Source of the DNA: a bacterium
GTDB taxonomy: Bacteria; SAR324; NAC60-12
Reading direction: 5' to 3'
DNA: 64,000 nucleotides
NCBI GenBank assembly: GCA_965205865.1
Contig: CBDBHR010000027.1
Location: 32,001-96,000 of the forward strand
Shown one piece after another: positions 31,750 to 42,098 of the stretch. The notes below the pieces were generated by a model. The model was not told where the DNA came from and ran no database searches. It worked only from the letters and a program-made list of their open reading frames with translations. Both the position numbers and the translations under genes were made by a program. Numbering within the stretch: position 1 is the stretch's first letter; the number at the start of each line of letters is the position of its first letter.

Positions 31750-32220
31750 TTATCCTGCATTGACCTTTTGACATTCAGCCAGAAGATCTTCTGATTTGCG
31801 AATTCCACCAGGCGTGACTGAATTGGCATAACGCACGATACCTTGTTTGTCAATTATCACGGTGGCCCGGTCCGCGATCCCATTGTCATCTAAATACAGT
31901 CCGTAACTTTCCGTCATTGCGCCTTTGGGATGAAAATCGGCGAGCAACGGAAATGAAATCCCGCCCAAGGAAGTTGCCCAGTTCTCATGGCAAAATCGAC
32001 TGTCTATACTAACACCCAGAACTTGAGTGTCCGCCGCCTTGAAATCACTGAGTCGTGATTCGATATCCGGCATTTCCTTGCTTCACGTGCCTGTCCAATC
32101 CAGTGGATAGAAGGCCAACAATACATTTTTTTCTCCTTTGAATTGGCTCAGGGAGTATTCTTTTCCTCCCAAGTGACTTGCCAATGTAAAATCAGGGGCT
32201 TGAGCGCCTACTTCAATCAT
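31750..32220 (-). CDS. Selenocysteine-containing peroxiredoxin (AhpC/TSA family)
   Basis: MIEVGAQAPDFTL..VLLAFYPLDWTGT-TGA(32083-32085)-SKEMP..VLGVSIDS..LLADF..RATVIIDKQG; TGA falls at the peroxidatic Cys position. Confidence 0.9.
32041..32064 (-). promoter_or_regulatory. Candidate bacterial SECIS hairpin
   Basis: GAATCAC-GACTCA-GTGATTT stem-loop; loop starts with G, 28 nt after the UGA. Confidence 0.65.
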
Positions 32221-32481
32221 GATTCTCCTTAATTATAAAGTGATTGCCAATAGTTCGTCTCCGTAGATTTTCAAATGTGGTTAAACCGCAAAAATGTCAT
32301 CCGGAATCCGGATGATACCTGGAAGATTCCAGGTACAGGTCTGTAGGAGCAGAACTGATGAAGACTGTATAATAGCTCAGTCTTGCTAATTTGCAAGCTC
32401 TACTAAAGCCTGTACCAAGCTTGTTTTGCGCAGCAAAATAAGATTGCGAATGGGAAAAGAGTTCGGTTCGAACTTGATTTT

Positions 32482-33274
32482 ACGGTGGAGACTTCGCTAG
32501 CGGTAACCGAGTCGAAGGTCCGGTCCCCGATACCCAGTGTCTCGTTGACCAGCGAAATCCAAGCCCCGGCTGTGTAGCGGAAGAACGTTGCGATGCTCTC
32601 TGGCTTTGGGCAGGAGTGCGGAGTCCTGAATGGGCAGGTGGCTGAGGATTGATGGCAAACAGATAAATGAAAGAGGACTGCCTGACATCGAGTGAGAGAT
32701 TCAGCGGTCTCACCTGGTTCGCAACCAGAGTATTTTCCATGCCTGGTTATAAATAAGGCTCGCTGTTAGCCAATCGCTTTGATATACTTACTGAAAACAA
32801 GTGATTTCTTGTTCCCCTTCTTTTAGGATCGTCATGTTGAAACATCCCATTTCTCCGACAGTAGATTGTGTCTTCAAGAGCATATTGGGGTCCAAGGAAG
32901 ACCAATGGTTGTATTTTTTTAAAGAAGCCGAAAACTGGAAGGAATTACCCGAAATCATCAACACCCCTGAAATGAGGCAAGCAATGGCAGTTTTAAAACG
33001 ATTTTCTGAAAAAGAAGCCGATTATCACTTATACCAAGCCCGCCAAAATGCCATCCGTGAGGAAAAAACAAGGCAAATGCTTTTGGAAGAGGCTCTGCGA
33101 GGAAAGGAAGAGGCCCTGCGGAGGGAAGAAGAGGCCCTGCGGAGGGAAGAAGAGGCCCTGCGGAGGGAAGAAGAGGCAGATGCTAAAGAAAAACGTCTCA
33201 GAGAAATCTTGAAAAAAGCTGGGATAGATCCGGATGTATAAGCTCTTTTTCTTTGGTTTCTCACGACAACCACC
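32482..33274. repeat. Left arm of an ~0.8-kb inverted duplication
   Basis: Reverse complement of ~38742-39499, plus a piece matching ~39759-39795. Confidence 0.9.
32834..33241 (+). CDS. Internally deleted Rpn-family protein (about 21 N-terminal aa fused in-frame to the C-terminal module)
   Basis: MLKHPISPTVDCVFKSILGSK|EDQWLYFF...; matches both ends of 37816-38667. Confidence 0.8.
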   Translation: MLKHPISPTVDCVFKSILGSKEDQWLYFFKEAENWKELPEIINTPEMRQAMAVLKRFSEKEADYHLYQARQNAIREEKTRQMLLEEALRGKEEALRREEEALRREEEALRREEEADAKEKRLREILKKAGIDPDV

Positions 33275-33327
33275 TCCGTAGCAGAGACAGGCTCTTCCCC
33301 GTTTTCACGAGGACAAGTTTTGTGCGC

Positions 33328-34299
33328 TTACCAATTGAAAGGGAAGAGCAGTCGGGCCAGGAATCCTCGTTTGCGTTTCCTCTTTGCGGTGCCGTAACTT
33401 CCCTGCCCGCCCCGCAACCTGGGGTCGAACAGGTCCCTGAGGGCGTCACCGAACATGTTGAGGGAATAGACGGTAATCGTCAGGCAAAGCCCGGGCCAGA
33501 GCGCCAGCCAGGGCGCCTGCTCCATGTACTTGCGCCCTTCCCGGCTGAGCAGACTCCCCCAGCTGGGAATCCCGACGGGCAGCCCGTATCCGAGAAAGCT
33601 CAGCGAGGCCTCGGCAATGATGACACCGCCAATGTTGATTGAGAAGATGATGAGGATCGGCGCCATGATATTGGGCAGGACATGCCGTATGAGGATTTGG
33701 CTCGTGGAGGTGCCCACGGCCCGGGCTGCCAGAAAATAGTCATTCTCCTTGACACCAATCACAGCCCCTCGGACGACTCGGGAACCCCCGATGCCTCCGG
33801 TGATGCCCAGCACCACGATGATCTGGAGGAGCCCCTCTCACACGATGGACATGATGGTCAACAAGATCAGCAGCCCCGGGAAGGCCATCCAGGCATCGAC
33901 AAAGCGTTGCGCAGCCAGGTCCACTTTCCCTCCCAGGAATCCGGAAGTGACGCCGATCAGGACAGCGACGAGCACATTGAGCGTGGTCGCAGCCAGACCG
34001 ACCAGCATGGAAACCCGAGCCCCGAAAATCAGACGGCTCAACAAGTCTCGCCCTATATGGTCGGTCCCCAGCGGATACTGGGCGGATGAGCCCGTCATCC
34101 GGTCTCTCAGGTGCATTTCATCAAAGGGATAAGGCGCCAGCGCATCGGCAAAGATCGCCACCAGAATCAAGAGCAAGACGATCATCCCGCAGGCCGTCCC
34201 CAGGGGCTGCTCCTTGAGCAGTCTCATCAGGAAACCCGTCAGCCGTCCCCGTCGCTTGGGCTCACTGACTGTGGATGGTGTTTCATGAGTGTTGTTCAT
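33328..34299 (-). pseudogene. Peptide ABC permease (DppC/OppC-like), in-frame TGA at 33838-33840
   Basis: LGTDHIGRDLLSRLIFGAR, AARAVG...RHVLPN, EASLSFLG; TGA in SIV*EGLLQ. Confidence 0.88.
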
Positions 34300-34321
34300 G
34301 TTCTCGATTTTTCTATAATAC

Positions 34322-34410
34322 AGTCCCGGAGGGACGAAAGGGAATAGCCCAGCGATTCATCGCTGGGAAAAGAAACCCCCTCCTCCTCAGCTAGTCCCAG
34401 AGGGACGACA
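34322..34410. repeat. REP-like palindrome cluster
   Basis: gtcccggagggac, cccagcgattcatcgctggg and gtcccagagggac hairpins. Confidence 0.65.
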
Positions 34411-34602
34411 CTTCTTCGATCGATCGAGTTACTGCCAAATATAACGCTCATGATGTCAAACATACGTGTTCGGGTTTTAAAATTAATGATTTCAGTGATA
34501 TATAAAAAAGTTTCACTCAATTTGAGGCTATCCACCTAAGGTGAAACAGTCAGTAATTTCATGGAGTTAGATTTTTTAACACCGTAAGGATTGACAGCCT
34601 CT

Positions 34603-34677
34603 TTGTCATCCTCGCGCAGGCGGGGATCCAGGGGATTGAAGCGAACCCTGGATTCTTGTTCAAGCCAGGAATGACAA
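34603..34677. repeat. REP-like palindrome (GTCATCCTCGCG..GGGGATCC / GGATTC..GGAATGAC type)
   Basis: Same type as the internal palindrome of the 9352 and 54647 MITEs. Confidence 0.7.
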
Positions 34678-34864
34678 CGCTTGCGGTTGTCGCTAGTTCA
34701 TGATTTTAACATTTTGTCCCACTATAGGTGAGTAGCCCAATTTGATTAAATTTTCACGATTTGCGATAAGAAATTCAACGAAAGTCAGGTTCCCTCCCCT
34801 CCCGATGCACCCCTGCAGATCAAATGTTCTTGTGCGTTCTTGTGCGTTCTTGGCAAAATAACGA

Positions 34865-35862
34865 CTACTCATACCTGACCCTCGGGTCCAAGTAAGCATA
34901 AATCAGGTCGATCATGAGATTGATCCCCACCACCGCAGTGGCGAAGAGCAGGTTGATTCCGGACACCAACGGGTAGTCTCTGATTTCGAGTGCATCCAGC
35001 ATGAGACCCCCTAACCCTGGCAGGACAAATATGTTCTCCATGATCACGGCGCCGCCGATCAGGATCGGCAACTGCAGACCGCAGAGAGGCTGGGCGGCCG
35101 CAGCGCGGCCAATAAGCCTAGCTGAACGCGACACCACCGGGATGAGGGCATTTTTGATGGCGTGCCGGATTACCACGATCCGCTCCTTGAGCCCCTTGGA
35201 CCAGGCGGTGCGGATATAGTCCTGCCGGAGCACCTCCAGCATCATGGTGCGCGTCATCCGCATGGTGGCGGCCGCTGAAGCCGTCCCCAGAATCAGGCTG
35301 GGAATGAGGAACATGCCGAGATTGCCCAGCGGGTCTTCGGAGAAAGGAATCAGCTGCATCGGTGGCGACCAGGACCACCAGATGGCCGGGTAGATCATGA
35401 CCATCAAGCCCAGCCAGAAGTTCGGCGTGGCCAGGCCGATGATGGCGAAGGAGCGCCCCAGTCGGCGGCCGTATTCTGGCGAATCGCCGAGTAGATGCCC
35501 ACCGGCAGTGCGATCAGGAATCCAATGACGAGGGCCAGGACGCCAAGCTCCAGGGTGACGGGCAATCTGGCGAGTATCTTCTCCTCTACTATAAAACCAC
35601 CGAGCAGTGATTCGCCAAGGGTGCCGTGAAGCAAAATACCGCCCACCCAGCGGCCATACTGCACGTAGACCGGCACGTCCAAGCCTAACCTACGCTCAAG
35701 AGCTTCACGGTCGATGGGCCCACTCCCCATGTATGCCAAATCGCCCATCATGATGTCGATGATGTCGCCCGGGATGAAGCGCACGGAGAGAAAGACAAGA
35801 ATCGTCACGATGAACAGCGTGGGGATCATGAGCAGTATCCTCCTGGTGATATACGCGCTCAT
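34865..35862 (-). pseudogene. Peptide ABC permease (DppB/OppB-like), frameshift near 35458
   Basis: MSAYITRRILLMIPTL, RLGLDVP..QY, VLRQDYIRTAWSKGL, IDLIYAYLDPRVRY. Confidence 0.88.
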
Positions 35863-35958
35863 TCCCCACACCTCATCGTTGTTCGGTTTAGATGGGACGG
35901 CGGCCTTCCGCCACCGTCCCACCATTCACTGTCTTGTTACTGCTTCTGAAGGCGGATA

Positions 35959-37125
35959 CTAGAAGCCCATCTCCTTCTTCAGATCTTGATCAATCCAGAG
36001 ACGGGCGAAGATGGGAAGTCGGTGCTGGCCCCCAAAGTGAACTTCTCCGTTATAACCTGTGACCCACGGCTGGAGCGCCATGTACTTTCCAGTTTTCGGA
36101 CCCCATACACGGTAGTGACCCTCTATCAGGAACATGTCGACCTCCTTGATCAGCCTCTGCTGTTCTGCAAGGTCGGTCGTGGCTTCAGCCGCTTCGATCT
36201 TGGCGTCTATCTCGGCGTCCCTCACATGGGGGAGGTTCCAATCTGACGTCGAGTGAGCCCAAACGCGGAGTATACTTGGATCAGTATTGAAACCCAGAAT
36301 TGTCATAGCGATACCTTTCAGGGTGCGTGCCGTTACCAGAGGAATAAACTGAGGTCGGTCCAGGTCCCTGATCTCTACATCGATGCCAATTTCCTTCCAG
36401 TATCCTGCGGCTATTTCCGTGTACCCCAAATCGAACTCACCGAAGTGGTTCAAGATCGTCTCGAAGCCATTGGGATAGCCAGCTTCCGCCAGAAGCTGCC
36501 TCGCCCCTTCCGGGTCATAGGCATAGCCTTTCTTGACCTCGTCGGGCCACTCGTCAAACGGCGTGTAGTAGCCTACGGCACCTTCCCCCATGACCCCCTG
36601 AGGTTGCCAGTTTGCAGTGCCCTTGTAGTGGGTATCGCTAATGGTCTTTAGGTCCAACGCCATCTGCATCGCCTTGCGCACCCTGATGTCATCGAATGGC
36701 GGCTGGTCTACCGGGAGGGCGTAAGAGGTTTCCGAACGATCCCACCACGCCATGAGCTGGATGTCAGGATTGGTGCGTATGAGGCTATCGACGATGTCGA
36801 CCGATACGATATCAGAGACACCAGCAGGGAAACCCAGGAAATCGATCCTACCGGAGCGCAGTCCCGCCAGACGTGTCGCTTCCTCCATGATGAAAAGGCC
36901 CACTAACTTGTCAATGTAAGGTAAGCGGTTTTGCGGGTACTTTTCGTCGAAGCCCCAGTAGTCGGGATTCTTGGTGTGGGTGATAGACGTGCCTTGGACC
37001 CAGTCAGTCAGCTCATAGGGCCCAGTGCCGACGAAGTTCCTCCAATCCGAAATGTCGCCGTGTTGCTTGATGACCTCAGGGGGCAATATGAATCCGTAAT
37101 GGTCCTCTACGAGGATCGTTTTCAA
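35959..37125 (-). pseudogene. Peptide ABC substrate-binding protein (family 5), 5'-truncated
   Basis: VGTGPY, KNPDYW, PFDDIRVRKAMQMALD, YDPEGARQLLAEAGYPNG; N-terminal part absent. Confidence 0.85.
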
Positions 37126-37556
37126 TTCCTCTCACGATATTTTTCAATCGATCGGAAACCCTCTCATTCGCTAAAACAACTTAGCAATGGCATGATCCTA
37201 GCACAACAACCCAATGTCAACCCCCCAAGGCAAAATAAATGCGGGATTCGCAAAAAAACAAAAAATCAATAAATCTGCTCAAATCCGGGGACAGTCAGAA
37301 GCCGTTCAGTTCAATAACATTGAAAAAAGATTCCCGGCAAGGATTCATCGTTTTCACATCCTCCCAGGGTATTGTTCAATCGATCGAGTGGGAACCCTCC
37401 CACAGCTAATTTTGAATCAAACGAGCGGAAGTCATCTCCTTCCCTGAAACAACAAGGCATGATTTCAGCACTACTACGCGGCGCAAAGCCTATAGCAAGT
37501 TTGGATCAGGAGAATTGCGCAACAATGGAGGTCAGCTATAAAAAAATGGAGGTCAG

Positions 37557-37745
37557 CTATAAAAAAGATATATTGCGGTCCATCTTCGGCATGAGCCAAA
37601 AAGCGAATGTTCGCTCCACAATCCAGCGTTTTTTCCAACGGCGATAATGATCGTAAACGCTTTTCCAGGGAGGTAAATCATGGGCAAGCATTCTCCACTG
37701 ACAACCCGTTTTCAGGACATACAAAATCGTATTGACGATGCTATG
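37557..37745 (-). pseudogene. Internally deleted IS5-family transposase remnant
   Basis: ILYVLKTGCQWRML.HDLPPWKSVYDHYRRW joined directly to KRWIVERTFA. Confidence 0.8.
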
Positions 37746-37815
37746 TTTGCTATGAATACTTTTGGCCACGCAGGGGGCGGAACGTGGTTGTCGTGAGAAA
37801 CCAAAGAAAAAGAGC

Positions 37816-38667
37816 TTATACATCCGGATTTATCCCAGCTTTTTTCAAGATTTCTCTGAGACGTTTTTCTTTAGCTTCTGCCTCTTCTTCCCTCCGCAGG
37901 GCCTCTTCTTCCCCTCGTAGGGCCTCTTCTTCCCTCCGCAGTGCCTCTTCCTTTCCTCGTAGGGCATCTTCAAAAAGCATTTGCCTTGTTTTTTCCTCAC
38001 GGATGGCATTTTGGCGGGCTTGGTATAAGTGATAATCGGCTTCTTTTTCAGAAAATCGTTTTAAAACTGCCATTGCTTGCCTCATTTCAGGGGTGTTGAT
38101 GATTTCGGGTAATTCCCTCCAGTTTTCGGCTTCTTTAAAAAAATACAACCATTGGTCTTCCCTGTTTAATGTCTCAGAATACTGCCATTTGTCCAATTCT
38201 AAAACATGGATTGAACAATGCTCCGAGAATCTTTTTTGGTTTTCCTGGTCCACTAATTGGAAGTGATGATGAAAGGCAGGGCTTTCGGGAAACAGGTTGG
38301 GAGTCAGCATCCAAATGGAAATGACCGACCGCAGTTGGGCGAATGCCTCTCCGCTTTGCAGTTGGGATCGATAAATATCGCTCCACATGTAGAGCATCCT
38401 CTCCGGCAAATAAGGAAAAACGGACAATTGAATTTCTATCTGGTAGGTGGTTCTATTTTCATCTTTGGCTTTGACATCGACAATCGTCAATTTGTCCGAA
38501 TAAAACTCGCGTTCATTGTAGGGGTTGAGGATTTCAACATCCAAAATGGGAGACTGCGGAGCCAGCACGCCGTTGAGGAAATCAATCAATAAATTTGTAT
38601 TTTCCTCTGACCCCAAAATGCTCTTAAAGACACAATCTACTGTCGGAGAAATGGGATGTTTCAACAT
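37816..38667 (-). CDS. Rpn family recombination-promoting nuclease / PD-(D/E)XK protein, full length
   Basis: P.VD.VFK.ILG, LLIDFLN, DK..IVDVKAKD, QIEIQ, ERMLY.W; C-terminal EEALR heptad repeats. Confidence 0.93.
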   Translation of the reverse strand: MLKHPISPTVDCVFKSILGSEENTNLLIDFLNGVLAPQSPILDVEILNPYNEREFYSDKLTIVDVKAKDENRTTYQIEIQLSVFPYLPERMLYMWSDIYRSQLQSGEAFAQLRSVISIWMLTPNLFPESPAFHHHFQLVDQENQKRFSEHCSIHVLELDKWQYSETLNREDQWLYFFKEAENWRELPEIINTPEMRQAMAVLKRFSEKEADYHLYQARQNAIREEKTRQMLFEDALRGKEEALRREEEALRGEEEALRREEEAEAKEKRLREILKKAGINPDV

Positions 38668-38741
38668 GACAATCCTTAAAGAGGGGAACAAGAAATCACT
38701 TGTTTTTGCTATGAATACTTTTGGCCACGCAGGGGGCGGAA

Positions 38742-39499
38742 CGTGGTTGTCGTGAGAAACCAAAAAAAAAGAGCTTATACATCCGAATCTATCCCAGCTT
38801 TTTTCAAGATTTTTCTGAGACGTTTTTCTTTAGAATCTGCCTCTTCTTCCCTCCGCAGTGCCTCTTCTTCCCTCCGCAGAGCCTCTTCCTTACCTCGCAG
38901 AGCCTCTTCCTTACCTCGCAGAGCCTCTTCCTTACCTCGCAAGGCTTCTTCCAAAAGCATTTGCCTTGTTTTTTCCTCACGCAAGGCATTTTGACGGGCT
39001 TGGTATAAGTGATAATTGGCTTCTTTTTCAGAAAATCGTTCTAAGACTGCCATTGCTTGCCTCATTTCAGGGGTGTTGATGATTTCGGGTAGTTCCTTCC
39101 AGTTTGCGGCTTCTTTTGACCCCAATATGCTCTTGAAGACTCAATCTACTGTCGGAGAAATGGGATGTTTCAACATGACAATCCTTAAAGAAGGGAAACA
39201 AGAAATCACTTGTTTTCAGTAAGTATATCAAAGCGATTGGCTAACAGCGAGCCTTATTTGTAACCAGGCATGGAAAATACTCTGGTTGCGAATCAGGTGA
39301 GACCGCTGAATCTCTCACTCGATGTCAGGCAGTCCTCTTTCATTTATCTGTTTGCCATCAATCCTCAGCCACCTGCCCATTCAGGACCCCGCACTCCTGC
39401 CCAAAGCCAGAGAGCATCGCAACGTTCTTCCGCTACACCGCCGGGGCTTGGATTTCGCTGGTCAACGAGACACTGGGTATCGGGGACTGGACCTTCGAC
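38742..39499. repeat. Right arm of the inverted duplication
   Basis: Reverse complement of ~32511-33274. Confidence 0.9.
38775..39176 (-). pseudogene. Second internally deleted Rpn cassette (TGA at codon 12; C-terminal module intact)
   Basis: MLKHPISPTVD*VFKSILGSK|EAANWKELPE...; directly tandem to the full-length copy. Confidence 0.85.
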
Positions 39500-41008
39500 C
39501 GCAGCGTGTTCGCCTTTGACACGCTATACCTGCCCAATGAAGTCATCACCGGGCACCTGGCTGAGAGCTGGGAGCACCCGGATCCTTTTACCTACGTGTT
39601 CAAGCTCCGCGACGATGTCTTCTGGCATAACAAGGCGCCCATGAACGGTCGACCCTTGAACGCGCACGATATCGAATACACATGGCAGCGGCTCCTGGGG
39701 TTGAGCGGCGGTGAGCCGAGCCCGGATATTGCGGTAGTCGGCGACCTCGCGAAGATTCCCTTCGACTCGGTTACCGCTAGCGACGACTCCACCGTGGTAT
39801 TCAAGTTGAAAGAGCCGAGTCTCATCGCCTTGAGATCCATGCTCGTGGGAGAACATACCTTCGTCATCGCTCGCGAGGTGGTCGAGCAATATGGGGACAT
39901 CCAAGACTGGCGTAATGTGGTCGGGACGGGGCCCTATCAACTGACCGATGTGCTGGAGGGCAGCAGCTGGACCTACACCAAGAATGATGACTACTGGGGA
40001 ACCGACCCGAAGTATCCCGAATACCGCATGCCCTATGCGGACTCGGTGGAGTACGTGATCATCAACGACCCCGCGGCCAAACTGTCCTTGATGCGCTCGG
40101 GGCAGGCGGATTATATGGGGTTCGCTTACCTCTCACATCTCACCAGCATCGACCAGGCGGTCAGTCTGCAGAAAACCAATCCCGAGCTGGTGCTGCACCC
40201 GTTTTCGTTTCGCGCGGAGACGGGGTTCAGTTGGAACAACCAGAAGGAGCCCTGGAGCGACATCCGGGTACGCCGGGCCTTCAACATGGCCGTCGACATC
40301 GAGTCCATCGCCCGGAACTACATGCAGGGTTGGGGTGATGCGAGCCTGGTCGGTCCAATTGGCAAGAGCGTGGTCGGGTAATTCATGCCGGCCGAGCAGT
40401 GGCCTGACGAGGTCAAGCAGTGGTATCGGTATGACCCCGAGGCGGCCGAAAAGCTGCTGGATGAGGCCGGCTATCCGCGTGGCGCAGACGGTAAGCGCAT
40501 GAGCGTCATCTTTCAGAAATACGAGTTCGTCGACCTCGGTTACTACCAGATCGCCATGGATTATCTCCGGCAGATTGGCATCGATGTGGAGATCCGGATC
40601 GTACCCCGCGCGGAATGGGGCAAAATGGGCCAGGAGCAATCTTTTATCGACTTGCACTCCGAGGTTTGGGCCGCCGAATATGGCACGCCCACGGGCCCGA
40701 TCGCTCCCTATTGGTCGCAAAACGGATGGCGCCCTCAGAATGTCAACGACGCCATGTTTGACAAGTACTTCGAAAACGCGCTGGCCGCTACCACGCTAGA
40801 GGAACAGGAGAAATGGCTGCAGAAGGCCGACCTGCGAGTCGCCGAGATGCTGTGGGTGATCAGGGGGCCACTGGCGCCGCTGTTCGGTGCCACCCGGCTG
40901 TGGATCAAGGGATACAACGGGGAAACCGATCTCGGCATAACTGTCAACAAATCCTGGCTCGCCTTAATCTGGGTCGACCAGGAGCTGAAGAAAGAGATGG
41001 GCTACTAG
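39425..41008 (+). pseudogene. Peptide ABC substrate-binding protein (family 5), 5'-truncated, in-frame TAA at 40379-40381
   Basis: GHLAESWE, VGTGPY, PWSDIRVRRA, YDPEAAEKLLDEAGYP, WVDQELKKEMGY. Confidence 0.87.
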
Positions 41009-41075
41009 TCCTCGCCTCCAGGATGGGGAACTGCTTCAGCGGTCCCCTGTCTTCTCTCTCGAAACTTCCTGATCA

Positions 41076-41132
41076 ACCTGAGTTCGACATAAATCTTCAA
41101 TAATATGAGTATCCTAGTGTATATGTCATCCT
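41076..41132. mobile_element. One-ended fragment of the CCTGAGTTCGA MITE
   Basis: Identical to 54647-54703. Confidence 0.88.
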
Positions 41133-41235
41133 TTGGAGCCGAGATGAACTATACCGATAGTCGATGTTTTGTTGATACGATCATTTTCCTCTGCTCCCTT
41201 GATGAAGACTCGCTAAAAAAGCAGAAGACTGCCCC

Positions 41236-42081
41236 TCAAAGCGGAAAATAATATTGAAAAAAAATGGTGTGATACTGGGAGGATTGCAAGGCGTTGTTGA
41301 CGTTGGGGCTTGTGATCAAGGGAGAATAAATTCCGTAAGTATAACGGTATTGTATGAAGAAATTGGAAGTGAGAAAAAAGGAAACGCCGCCTCCGAAAAT
41401 CAGCGAACCTTCTTGGTAAAGCATCGAAGAACCATTCGAGATTGAAGACCTATCAACGGAGCTGCTTGATGCGTTGGCGATCAGTCGAACTTCAGAGGTT
41501 TGAACCCCGATACCATAACGCAAGTAGAGATCCGGATTCAGACGCAATACTCGAAAATACCAAAAATTGTTTTGGATCGCCTCCACAGCATTGAAAGAGA
41601 CGTCCTGCAGAGTCAAGACTTCTTGAAGATCCAAGATGGTCACATGCCGGGTATATTCTAAATTTAGCGTTTCCGTGAAATATCCCAGATTGAAGGCAAC
41701 CCCGTTGCGGACACTATCATTGTCAAGAATAGAAAGCCCTTCTCGAAAATCCAAACGAACTTGCCGAAAACCGAACCCGAAATAAATACCCAGCGTACGA
41801 ATGGAAGTCCCTTCTGTGATGAATGTGGGATCCGGGATTTTCAAGACGCCATGGGTTTCCAGACTTCGTTCTTCCATACTGGGGGAGACAGACTCTTGGA
41901 TGTTACCGGCCTCTGAATTTGTCTTTTGTTCTCTCGCAAGCGGAATAGGGACAACTTCCATTTCGAGCTGGGAGGAATTCGCTTCCCGGGAATTCGGACT
42001 CTGAGCCTGAACAGATCCTGTCAGAGTCAGCTGGGATATCAACAAGCAAATCAGCGCGTAAAGAAAGATCCATGGTTTCAT
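41236..42081 (-). CDS. Hypothetical exported protein, probable outer-membrane beta-barrel
   Basis: Signal peptide; alternating aromatic strands; C-terminal FFQYYFPL. Confidence 0.75.
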   Translation of the reverse strand: MKPWIFLYALICLLISQLTLTGSVQAQSPNSREANSSQLEMEVVPIPLAREQKTNSEAGNIQESVSPSMEERSLETHGVLKIPDPTFITEGTSIRTLGIYFGFGFRQVRLDFREGLSILDNDSVRNGVAFNLGYFTETLNLEYTRHVTILDLQEVLTLQDVSFNAVEAIQNNFWYFRVLRLNPDLYLRYGIGVQTSEVRLIANASSSSVDRSSISNGSSMLYQEGSLIFGGGVSFFLTSNFFIQYRYTYGIYSPLITSPNVNNALQSSQYHTIFFQYYFPL

Positions 42082-42098
42082 TGATCGCAGACACCGGA

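Noticed and set aside
32297-32336. Two adjacent hairpins upstream of the peroxiredoxin (tcatccgg-aat-ccggatga; tacctggaa-ga-ttccaggta)
   Set aside because: They are real palindromes, but there is no evidence to distinguish operator, repeat or chance.
32480-32740. Duplicated MENTLVANQ.. ORFs (also 39270-39644) as genes
   Set aside because: They run out-of-frame across the binding-protein remnant and exist twice only because of the inverted duplication.
33090-33180. Diversity-generating retroelement template/variable repeat pair among the Rpn C-termini
   Set aside because: No reverse transcriptase in the window, and the differences between copies are not confined to adenines.
33838-33840. TGA in the DppC-like gene as selenocysteine
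   Set aside because: The position is not a Cys site (Gly expected), and neighbouring ABC genes are also broken, so a nonsense mutation is more likely.
39141-39143. TGA replacing the Cys codon in the third Rpn copy as selenocysteine
   Set aside because: It is a single TGT>TGA change in an already internally deleted copy with no redox motif.
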